Below are positions 10,901-23,200 of a stretch of DNA of 64,000 nt, piece after piece; the first letter of the stretch is position 1, and the number at the start of each line of letters is the position of its first letter. The notes under the pieces are model-generated. The model ran no database searches. It was not told the DNA's origin and worked only from the letters and a program-made list of their open reading frames with translations. The DNA lies in the NCBI GenBank assembly GCA_964057225.1, contig CAXKVF010000101.1, forward strand, positions 1-64,000, in the 5' to 3' direction. This DNA is from Auanema rhodensis. Taxonomy: Eukaryota; Animalia; Nematoda. Position numbers and translations under genes: made by a program.

Positions 10901-13900
10901 TAGATTCCCCATGTCCATATTAGTCTAAAAACAAATTTTTATTGATATTTGTTCATGGTAACCATGACTTTGAAATTTACGTGAACTTTAATTTATGCTA
11001 ATTAAATGTACACGTGATGTGCACTTGGTATGTAACTCGCTTCACGTGAAAGATAAAGAGATGCGGTTTTCAAAATTAGATTCCCCCTGTCCATATTAGT
11101 CTAAAAACAAATTTTTATTGATATTGCTTCATGGTAACCATGACTTTGAAATTTACGTGAACTTTAATTTATGCTAATTAAATGTACACGTGATGTGCAC
11201 TTGGTATGTAACTCGCTTCACGTGAAAGATAAAGAGATGCGGTTTTCAAAATTAGATTCCCCATGTCCATATTAGTCTAACAACAAATTTTTATTGATAT
11301 TAGTTCATGGTAACCATGACTTTGAAATTTACGTGAACTTTAATTTATGCTAATTAAATGTACACGTGATGTGCACTTGGTATGTAACTCGCTTCACGTG
11401 AAAGATAAAGAGATGCGGTTTTCAAAATTAGATTCCCCATGTCCATATTAGTCTAAAAACAAATTTTTATTGATATTGGTGCATGGTAACCATGACTTTG
11501 AATTTTACGTGAACTTTAATTTATGCTAATTAAATGTACACGTGATGTGCACTTGGTATGTAACTCGCTTCACGTGAAAGATAAAGAGATGCGGTTTTCA
11601 AAATTAGATTCCCCATGTCCATATTAGTCTAAAAACAAATTTTTATTGATATTGCTTCATGGTAACCATGACTTTGAAATTTACGTGAACTTTAATTTAT
11701 GCTAATTAAATGTACACGTGATGTGCACTTGGTATGTAACTCGCTTCACGTGAAAGATAAAGAGATGCGGTTTTCAAAATTAGATTCCCCATGTCCATAT
11801 TAGTCTAAAAACAAATTTTTATTGATATTGCTTCATGGTAACCATGACTTTGAAATTTACGTGAACTTTAATTTATGCTAATTAAATGTACACGTGATGT
11901 GCACTTGGTATGTAACTCGCTTCACGTGAAAGATAAAGAGATGCGGTTTTCAAAATTAGATTCCCCATGTCCATATTAGTCTAAAAACAAATTTTTATTG
12001 ATATTGGTGCATGGTAACCATGACTTTGAAATTAACGTGAACTTTAATTTATGCTAATTAAATGTACACGTGATGTGCACTTGGTATGTAACTCGCTTCA
12101 CGTGAAAGATAAAGAGATGCGGTTTTCAAAATTAGATTCCTCATGTCCATATTAGTCTAAAAACAAATTTTCATTGATATTGGTGCATGGTAACCATGAC
12201 TTTGAAATTTACGTGAACTTTAATTTATGCTAATTAAATGTACACGTGATGTGCACTTGGTATGTAACTCGCTTCACGTGAAAGATAAAGAGATGCGGTT
12301 TTCAAAATTAGATTCCCCATGTCCATATTAGTCTAAAAACAAATTTTTATTGATATTGCTTCATGGTAACCATGACTTTGAAATTTACGTGAACTTTAAT
12401 TTATGCTAATTAAATGTACACGTGATGTGCACTTGGTATGTAACTCGCTTCACGTGAAAGATAAAGAGATGCGGTTTTCAAAATTAGATTCCCCATGTCC
12501 ATATTAGTCTAAAAACAAATTTTTATTGATATTGCTTCATGGTAACCATGACTTTGAAATTTACGTGAACTTTAATTTATGCTAATTAAATGTACACGTG
12601 ATGTGCACTTGGTATGTAACTCGCTTCACGTGAAAGATAAAGAGATGCGGTTTTCAAAATTAGATTCCCCATGTCCATATTAGTCTAAAAACAAATTTTT
12701 ATTGATATTGCTTCATGGTAACCATGACTTTGAAATTTACGTGAACTTTAATTTATGCTAATTAAATGTACACGTGATGTGCACTTGGTATGTAACTCGC
12801 TTCACGTGAAAGATAAAGAGATGCGGTTTTCAAAATTAGATTCCCCATGTCCATATTAGTCTAAAAACAAATTTTTATTGATATTGGTGCATGGTAACCA
12901 TGACTTTGAAATTTACGTGAACTTTAATTTATGCTAATTAAATGTACACGTGATGTGCACTTGGTATGTAACTCGCTTCACGTGAAAGATAAAGAGATGC
13001 GGTTTTCAAAATTAGATTCCCCATGTCCATATTAGTCTAAAAACAAATTTTTATTGATATTGGTGCATGGTAACCATGACTTTGAAATTAACGTGAACTT
13101 TAATTTATGCTAATTAAATGTACACGTGATGTGCACTTGGTATGTAACTCGCTTCACGTGAAAGATAAAGAGATGCGGTTTTCAAAATTAGATTCCTCAT
13201 GTCCATATTAGTCTAAAAACAAATTTTCATTGATATTGGTGCATGGTAACCATGACTTTGAAATTTACGTGAACTTTAATTTATGCTAATTAAATGTACA
13301 CGTGATGTGCACTTGGTATGTAACTCGCTTCACGTGAAAGATAAAGAGATGCGGTTTTCAAAATTAGATTCCCCATGTCCATATTAGTCTAAAAACAAAT
13401 TTTTATTGATATTGCTTCATGGTAACCATGACTTTGAAATTTACGTGAACTTTAATTTATGCTAATTAAATGTACACGTGATGTGCACTTGGTATGTAAC
13501 TCGCTTCACGTGAAAGATAAAGAGATGCGGTTTTCAAAATTAGATTCCCCATGTCCATATTAGTCTAAAAACAAATTTTTATTGATATTGCTTCATGGTA
13601 ACCATGACTTTGAAATTTACGTGAACTTTAATTTATGCTAATTAAATGTACACGTGATGTGCACTTGGTATGTAACTCGCTTCACGTGAAAGATAAAGAG
13701 ATGCGGTTTTCAAAATTAGATTCCCCATGTCCATATTAGTCTAAAAACAAATTTTTATTGATATTTGTTCATGGTAACCATGACTTTGAAATTTACGTGA
13801 ACTTTAATTTATGCTAATTAAATGTACACGTGATGTGCACTTGGTATGTAACTCGCTTCACGTGAAAGATAAAGAGATGCGGTTTTCAAAATTAGATTCC

Positions 13901-16900
13901 CCATGTCCATATTAGTCTAAAAACAAATTTTTATTGATATTGGTTCATGGTAACCATGACTTTGAACTTTACGTGAACTTTAATTTATGCTAATTAAATG
14001 TACACGTGATGTGCACTTGGTATGTAACTCGCTTCACGTGAAAGATAAAGAGATGCGGTTTTCAAAATTAGATTCCCCATGTCCATATTAGTCTAAAAAC
14101 AAATTTTTATTAATATTGGTGCATGGTAACCATGACTTTGAATTTTACGTGAACTTTAATTTATGCTAATTAAATGTACACGTGATGTGCACTTGGTATG
14201 TAACTCGCTTCACGTGAAAGATAAAGAGATGCGGTTTTCAAAATTAGATTCCCCATGTCCATATTAGTCTAAAAACAAATTTTTATTGATATTGGTTCAT
14301 GGTAACCATGACTTTGAAATTTACGTTAACTTTAATTTATGCTAATTAAATGTACACGTGATGTGCACTTGGTATGTAACTCGCTTCACGTGAAAGATAA
14401 AGAGATGCGGTTTTCAAAATTAGATTCCCCCTGTCCATATTAGTCTAAAAACAAATTTTTATTGATATTGCTTCATGGTAACCATGACTTTGAAATTTAC
14501 GTGAACTTTAATTTATGCTAATTAAATGTACACGTGATGTGCACTTGGTATGTAACTCGCTTCACGTGAAAGATAAAGAGATGCGGTTTTCGAAATTAGA
14601 TTCCCCATGTCCATATTAGTCTAAAAACAAATTTTTATTGATATTAGTTCATGGTAACCATGACTTTGAAATTTACGTGAACTTTAATTTATGCTAATTA
14701 AATGTACACGTGATGTGCACTTGGTATGTAACTCGCTTCACGTGAAAGATAAAGAGATGCGGTTTTCAAAATTAGATTCCCCATGTCCATATTAGTCTAA
14801 AAACAAATTTTTATTGATATTGGTTCATGGTAACCATGACTTTGAATTTTACGTGAACTTTAATTTATGCTAATTAAATGTACACGTGATGTGCACTTGG
14901 TATGTAACTCGCTTCACGTGAAAGATAAAGAGATGCGGTTTTCAAAATTAGATTCCCCATGTCCATATTAGTCTAAAAACAAATTTTTATTGATATTGGT
15001 GCATGGTAACCATGACTTTGAATTTTACGTGAACTTTAATTTATGCTAATTAAATGTACACGTGATGTGCACTTGGTATGTAACTCGCTTCACGTGAAAG
15101 ATAAAGAGATGCGGTTTTCAAAATTAGATTCCCCATGTCCATATTAGTCTAAAAACAAATTTTTATTGATATTGCTTCATGGTAACCATGACTTTGAAAT
15201 TTACGTGAACTTTAATTTATGCTAATTAAATGTACACGTGATGTGCACTTGGTATGTAACTCGCTTCACGTGAAAGATAAAGAGATGCGGTTTTCAAAAT
15301 TAGATTCCCCATGTCCATATTAGTCTAAAAACAAATTTTTATTGATATTGGTTCATGGTAACCATGACTTTGAATTTTACGTGAACTTTAATTTATGCTA
15401 ATTAAATGTACACGTGATGTGCACTTGGTATGTAACTCGCTTCACGTGAAAGATAAAGAGATGCGGTTTTCAAAATTAGATTCCCCATGTCCATATTAGT
15501 CTAAAAACAAATTTTTATTGATATTGGTGCATGGTAACCATGACTTTGAATTTTACGTGAACTTTAATTTATGCTAATTAAATGTACACGTGATGTGCAC
15601 TTGGTATGTAACTCGCTTCACGTGAAAGATAAAGAGATGCGGTTTTCAAAATTAGATTCCCCATGTCCATATTAGTCTAAAAACAAATTTTTATTGATAT
15701 TGCTTCATGGTAACCATGACTTTGAAATTTACGTGAACTTTAATTTATGCTAATTAAATGTACACGTGATGTGCACTTGGTATGTAACTCGCTTCACGTG
15801 AAAGATAAAGAGATGCGGTTTTCAAAATTAGATTCCCCATGTCCATATTAGTCTAAAAACAAATTTTTATTAATATTGGTGCATGGTAACCATGACTTTG
15901 AATTTTACGTGAACTTTAATTTATGCTAATTAAATGTACACGTGATGTGCACTTGGTATGTAACTCGCTTCACGTGAAAGATAAAGAGATGCGGTTTTCA
16001 AAATTAGATTCCCCATGTCCATATTAGTCTAAAAACAAATTTTTATTGATATTGGTTCATGGTAACCATGACTTTGAAATTTACGTGAACTTTAATTTAT
16101 GCTAATTAAATGTACACGTGATGTGCACTTGGTATGTAACTCGCTTCACGTGAAAGATAAAGAGATGCGGTTTTCAACATTAGATTCCCCCTGTCCATAT
16201 TAGTCTAAAAACAAATTTTTATTGATATTGCTTCATGGTAACCATGACTTTGAAATTTACGTGAACTTTAATTTATGCTAATTAAATGTACACGTGATGT
16301 GCACTTGGTATGTAACTCGCTTCACGTGAAAGATAAAGAGATGCGGTTTTCAAAATTAGATTCCCCATGTCCATATTAGTCTAAAAACAAATTTTTATTG
16401 ATATTGCTTCATGGTAACCATGACTTTGAAATTTACGTGAACTTTAATTTATGCTAATTAAATGTACACGTGATGTGCACTTGGTATGTAACTCGCTTCA
16501 CGTGAAAGATAAAGAGATGCGGTTTTCAAAATTAGATTCCCCATGTCCATATTAGTCTAAAAACAAATTTTTATTGATATTGGTTCATGGTAACCATGAC
16601 TTTGAACTTTACGTGAACTTTAATTTATGCTAATTAAATGTACACGTGATGTGCACTTGGTATGTAACTCGCTTCACGTGAAAGATAAAGAGATGCGGTT
16701 TTCAAAATTAGATTCCCCATGTCCATATTAGTCTAAAAACAAATTTTTATTAATATTGGTGCATGGTAACCATGACTTTGAATTTTACGTGAACTTTAAT
16801 TTATGCTAATTAAATGTACACGTGATGTGCACTTGGTATGTAACTCGCTTCACGTGAAAGATAAAGAGATGCGGTTTTCAAAATTAGATTCCCCATGTCC

Positions 16901-19900
16901 ATATTAGTCTAAAAACAAATTTTTATTGATATTGGTTCATGGTAACCATGACTTTGAAATTTACGTGAACTTTAATTTATGCTAATTAAATGTACACGTG
17001 ATGTGCACTTGGTATGTAACTCGCTTCACGTGAAAGATAAAGAGATGCGGTTTTCAAAATTAGATTCCCCCTGTCCATATTAGTCTAAAAACAAATTTTT
17101 ATTGATATTGCTTCATGGTAACCATGACTTTGAAATTTACGTGAACTTTAATTTATGCTAATTAAATGTACACGTGATGTGCACTTGGTATGTAACTCGC
17201 TTCACGTGAAAGATAAAGAGATGCGGTTTTCAAAATTAGATTCCCCATGTCCATATTAGTCTAAAAACAAATTTTTATTGATATTAGTTCATGGTAACCA
17301 TGACTTTGAAATTTACGTGAACTTTAATTTATGCTAATTAAATGTACACGTGATGTGCACTTGGTATGTAACTCGCTTCACGTGAAAGATAAAGAGATGC
17401 GGTTTTCAAAATTAGATTCCCCATGTCCATATTAGTCTAAAAACAAATTTTTATTGATATTAGTTCATGGTAACCATGACTTTGAAATTTACGTGAACTT
17501 TAATTTATGCTAATTAAATGTACACGTGATGTGCACTTGGTATGTAACTCGCTTCACGTGAAAGATAAAGAGATGCGGTTTTCAAAATTAGATTCCCCAT
17601 GTCCATATTAGTCTAAAAACAAATTTTTATTGATATTGGTGCATGGTAACCATGACTTTGAATTTTACGTGAACTTTAATTTATGCTAATTAAATGTACA
17701 CGTGATGTGCACTTGGTATGTAACTCGCTTCACGTGAAAGATAAAGAGATGCGGTTTTCAAAATTAGATTCCCCATGTCCATATTAGTCTAAAAACAAAT
17801 TTTTATTGATATTGCTTCATGGTAACCATGACTTTGAAATTTACGTGAACTTTAATTTATGCTAATTAAATGTACACGTGATGTGCACTTGGTATGTAAC
17901 TCGCTTCACGTGAAAGATAAAGAGATGCGGTTTTCAAAATTAGATTCCCCATGTCCATATTAGTCTAAAAACAAATTTTTATTGATATTGGTGCATGGTA
18001 ACCATGACTTTGAAATTTACGTGAACTTTAATTTATGCTAATTAAATGTACACGTGATGTGCACTTGGTATGTAACTCGCTTCACGTGAAAGATAAAGAG
18101 ATGCGGTTTTCAAAATTAGATTCCCCATGTCCATATTAGTCTAAAAACAAATTTTTATTGATATTGGTGCATGGTAACCATGACTTTGAAATTAACGTGA
18201 ACTTTAATTTATGCTAATTAAATGTACACGTGATGTGCACTTGGTATGTAACTCGCTTCACGTGAAAGATAAAGAGATGCGGTTTTCAAAATTAGATTCC
18301 TCATGTCCATATTAGTCTAAAAACAAATTTTCATTGATATTGGTGCATGGTAACCATGACTTTGAAATTTACGTGAACTTTAATTTATGCTAATTAAATG
18401 TACACGTGATGTGCACTTGGTATGTAACTCGCTTCACGTGAAAGATAAAGAGATGCGGTTTTCAAAATTAGATTCCCCATGTCCATATTAGTCTAAAAAC
18501 AAATTTTTATTGATATTGCTTCATGGTAACCATGACTTTGAAATTTACGTGAACTTTAATTTATGCTAATTAAATGTACACGTGATGTGCACTTGGTATG
18601 TAACTCGCTTCACGTGAAAGATAAAGAGATGCGGTTTTCAAAATTAGATTCCCCATGTCCATATTAGTCTAAAAACAAATTTTTATTGATATTGCTTCAT
18701 GGTAACCATGACTTTGAAATTTACGTGAACTTTAATTTATGCTAATTAAATGTACACGTGATGTGCACTTGGTATGTAACTCGCTTCACGTGAAAGATAA
18801 AGAGATGCGGTTTTCAAAATTAGATTCCCCATGTCCATATTAGTCTAAAAACAAATTTTTATTGATATTGCTTCATGGTAACCATGACTTTGAAATTTAC
18901 GTGAACTTTAATTTATGCTAATTAAATGTACACGTGATGTGCACTTGGTATGTAACTCGCTTCACGTGAAAGATAAAGAGATGCGGTTTTCAAAATTAGA
19001 TTCCCCATGTCCATATTAGTCTAAAAACAAATTTTTATTGATATTGGTTCATGGTAACCATGACTTTGAACTTTACGTGAACTTTAATTTATGCTAATTA
19101 AAAGTACACGTGATGTGCACTTGGTATGTAACTCGCTTCACGTGAAAGATAAAGAGATGCGGTTTTCAAAATTAGATTCCCCATGTCCATATTAGTCTAA
19201 AAACAAATTTTTATTAATATTGGTGCATGGTAACCATGACTTTGAATTTTACGTGAACTTTAATTTATGCTAATTAAATGTACACGTGATGTGCACTTGG
19301 TATGTAACTCGCTTCACGTGAAAGATAAAGAGATGCGGTTTTCAAAATTAGATTCCCCATGTCCATATTAGTCTAAAAACAAATTTTTATTGATATTGGT
19401 TCATGGTAACCATGACTTTGAAATTTACGTGAACTTTAATTTATGCTAATTAAATGTACACGTGATGTGCACTTGGTATGTAACTCGCTTCACGTGAAAG
19501 ATAAAGAGATGCGGTTTTCAAAATTAGATTCCCCCTGTCCATATTAGTCTAAAAACAAATTTTTATTGATATTGCTTCATGGTAACCATGACTTTGAAAT
19601 TTACGTGAACTTTAATTTATGCTAATTAAATGTACACGTGATGTGCACTTGGTATGTAACTCGCTTCACGTGAAAGATAAAGAGATGCGGTTTTCAAAAT
19701 TAGATTCCCCATGTCCATATTAGTCTAAAAACAAATTTTTATTGATATTAGTTCATGGTAACCATGACTTTGAAATTTACGTGAACTTTAATTTATGCTA
19801 ATTAAATGTACACGTGATGTGCACTTGGTATGTAACTCGCTTCACGTGAAAGATAAAGAGATGCGGTTTTCAAAATTAGATTCCCCATGTCCATATTAGT

Positions 19901-20241
19901 CTAAAAACAAATTTTTATTGATATTGGTTCATGGTAACCATGACTTTGAATTTTACGTGAACTTTAATTTATGCTAATTAAATGTACACGTGATGTGCAC
20001 TTGGTATGTAACTCGCTTCACGTGAAAGATAAAGAGATGCGGTTTTCAAAATTAGATTCCCCATGTCCATATTAGTCTAAAAACAAATTTTTATTGATAT
20101 TAGTTCATGGTAACCATGACTTTGAAATTTACGTGAACTTTAATTTATGCTAATTAAATGTACACGTGATGTGCACTTGGTATGTAACTCGCTTCACGTG
20201 AAAGATAAAGAGATGCGGTTTTCAAAATTAGATTCCCCATG
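4930..20241 (+). repeat. Satellite variant domain A, first block (G38C-rich, with A62C, A174C, C172T+T27C, G37A, G31A+T40G+A62T)
   Basis: These alleles recur in ordered runs here, while domain-B markers (C171A, A62T+T65A, A142G, C158T, T163G) were not seen. G38C also occurs from 1447. Boundaries approximate. Confidence 0.8.
7218..12497 (+). repeat. Duplication with 16-monomer (2816-bp) offset
   Basis: Private variant A17T at 7938 and 10754, and G37T at 8134 and 10950. Allele order of M42-55 matches M58-71 with two differences. Confidence 0.85.
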
Positions 20242-23200
20242 TCCATATTAATCTAAAAACAAATTTTTATTGATATTGGTTCATGGTAACCATGACTTTG
20301 AAATTTACGTGAACTTTAATTTATGCTAATTAAATGTACACGTGATGTGCACTTGGTATGTAACTCGCTTCACGTGAAAGATAAAGAGATGCGGTTTTCA
20401 AAATTAGATTCCCCATGTCCATATTAGTCTAAAAACAAATTTTTATTGATATTGGTTCATGGTAACCATAACTTTGAAATTTACGTGAACTTTAATTTAT
20501 GCTAATTAAATGTACACGTGATGTGCACTTGGTATGTAACTCGCTTCACGTGAAAGATAAAGAGATGCGGTTTTCAAAATTAGATTCCCCATGTCCATAT
20601 TAGTCTAAAAACAAATTTTTATTGATATTGGTTCATGGTAACCATGACTTTGAAATTTACGTGAACTTTAATTTATGCTAATTAAATGTACACGTGATGT
20701 GCACTTGGTATGTAACTCGCTTCACGTGAAAGATAAAGAGATGCGGTTTTCAAAATTAGATTCCCCATGTCCATATTAGTCTAAAAACTAATTTTTATCG
20801 ATATTGGTTCATGGTAACCATGACTTTGAAATTTACGTGAACTTTAATTTATGCTAATTAAATGTACACGTGATGTGCACTTGGTATGTAACTCGCTTCA
20901 CGTGAAAGATAAAGAGATGCGGTTTTCAAAATTAGATTCCCCATGTCCATATTAGTCTAAAAACAAATTTTTATTGATATTGGTTCATGGTAACCATGAC
21001 TTTGAAATTTACGTGAACTTTAATTTATGCTAATTAAATGTACACGTGATGTGCACTTGGTATGTAACTCGCTTCACGTGAAAGATAAAGAGATGCGGTT
21101 TACAAAATTAGATTCTCCATGTCCATATTAGTCTAAAAACAAATTTTTATTGATATTGGTTCATGGTAACCATGACTTTGAAATTTACGTGAACTTTAAT
21201 TTATGCTAATTAAATGTACACGTGATGTGCACTTGGTATGTAACTCGCTTCACGTGAAAGATAAAGAAATGCGGTTTTCAAAATTAGATTCCCCATGTCC
21301 ATATTAGTCTAAAAACAAATTTTTATTGATATTGGTTCATGGTAACCATGACTTTGAATTTAACGTGAACTTTAATTTATGCTAATTAAATGTACACGTG
21401 ATGTGCACTTGGTATGTAACTCGCTTCACGTGAAAGATAAAGAGATGCGGTTTTCAAAATTAGATTCCCCATGTCCATATTAGTCTAAAAACAAATTTTT
21501 ATTGATATTGGTGCATGGTAACCATGACTTTGAAATTTACGTGAACTTTAATTTATGCTAATTAAATGTACACGTGATGTGCACTTGGTATGTAACTCGC
21601 TTCACGTGAAAGATGAAGAGATGCGGTTTTCAAAATTAGATTCCCCATGTCCATATTAGTCTAAAAACAAATTTTTATTGATATTGGTTCATGGTAACCA
21701 TGACTTTGAAATTTACGTGAACTTTAATTTATGCTAATTAAATGTACACGTGATGTGCACTTGGTATGTAACTCGCTTCACGTGAAAGATAAAGAGATGC
21801 GGTTTTCAAAATTAGATTCCCCATGTCCATATTAGTCTAAAAACAAATTTTTATTGATATTGGTTCATGGTAACCATGACTTTGAAATTTACGTGAACTT
21901 TAATTTATGCTAATTAAATGTACACGTGATGTGCACTTGGTATGTAACTCGCTTCACGTGAAAGATAAAGAGATGCGGTTCTCAAAATTAGATTCACCAT
22001 GTCCATATTAGTCTAAAAACAAATTTTTATTGATATTGGTTCATGGTAACCATGACTTTGAATTTAACGTGAACTTTAATTTATGCTAATTAAATGTACA
22101 CGTGATGTGCACTTGGTATGTAACTCGCTTCACGTGAAAGATAAAGAGATGCGGTTTTCAAAATTAGATTCCCCATGTCCATATTAGTCTAAAAACAAAT
22201 TTTTATTGATATTGGTGCATGGTAACCATGACTTTGAAATTTACGTGAACTTTAATTTATGCTAATTAAATGTACACGTGATGTGCACTTGGTATGTAAC
22301 TCGCTTCACGTGGAAGATAAAGAGATGCGGTTTTCAAAATTAGATTCCCCATGTCCATATTAGTCTAAAAACAAATTTTTATTGATATTGGTTCATGGTA
22401 ACCATGACTTTGAAATTTACGTGAACTTTAATTTATGCTAATTAAATGTACACGTGATGTGCACTTGGTATGTAACTCGCTTCACGTGAAAGATAAAGAG
22501 ATGCGGTTTTCAAAATTAGATTCCCCATGTCCATATTAGTCTAAAAACAAATTTTTATTGATATTGGTTCATGGTAACCATGACTTTGAAATTTACGTGA
22601 ACTTTAATTTATGCTAATTAAATGTACACGTGATGTGCACTTGGTATGTAACTCGCTTCACGTGAAAGATAAAGAGATGCGGTTTTCAAAATTAGATTCC
22701 CCATGTCCATATTAGTCTAAAAACAAATTTTTATTGATACTAGTTTATGGTAACCAAGACTTTGAAATATACGTGAACTTTAATTTATGCTAATTAAATG
22801 TACACGTGATGTGCACTTGGTATGTAACTCGCTTCACGTGAAAGATAAAGAGATGCGGTTTTCAAAATTAGATTCCCCATGTCCATATTAGTCTAAAAAC
22901 AAATTTTTATTGATATTGGTTCATGGTAACCATGACTTTGAAATTTACGTGAACTTTAATTAATGCTAATTAAATGTACACGTGATGTGCACTTGGTATG
23001 TAACTCGCTTCACGTGAAAGATAAAGAGATGCGGTTTTCAAAATTAGATTCCCCATGTCCATTTTAGTCTAAAAACAAATTTTTATTGATATTGGTTCAT
23101 GGTAACCATGACTTTGAAATTTACGTGAACTTTAATTTATGCTAATTAAATGTACACGTGATGTGCACTTGGTATGTAACTCGCTTCACGTGAAAGATAA

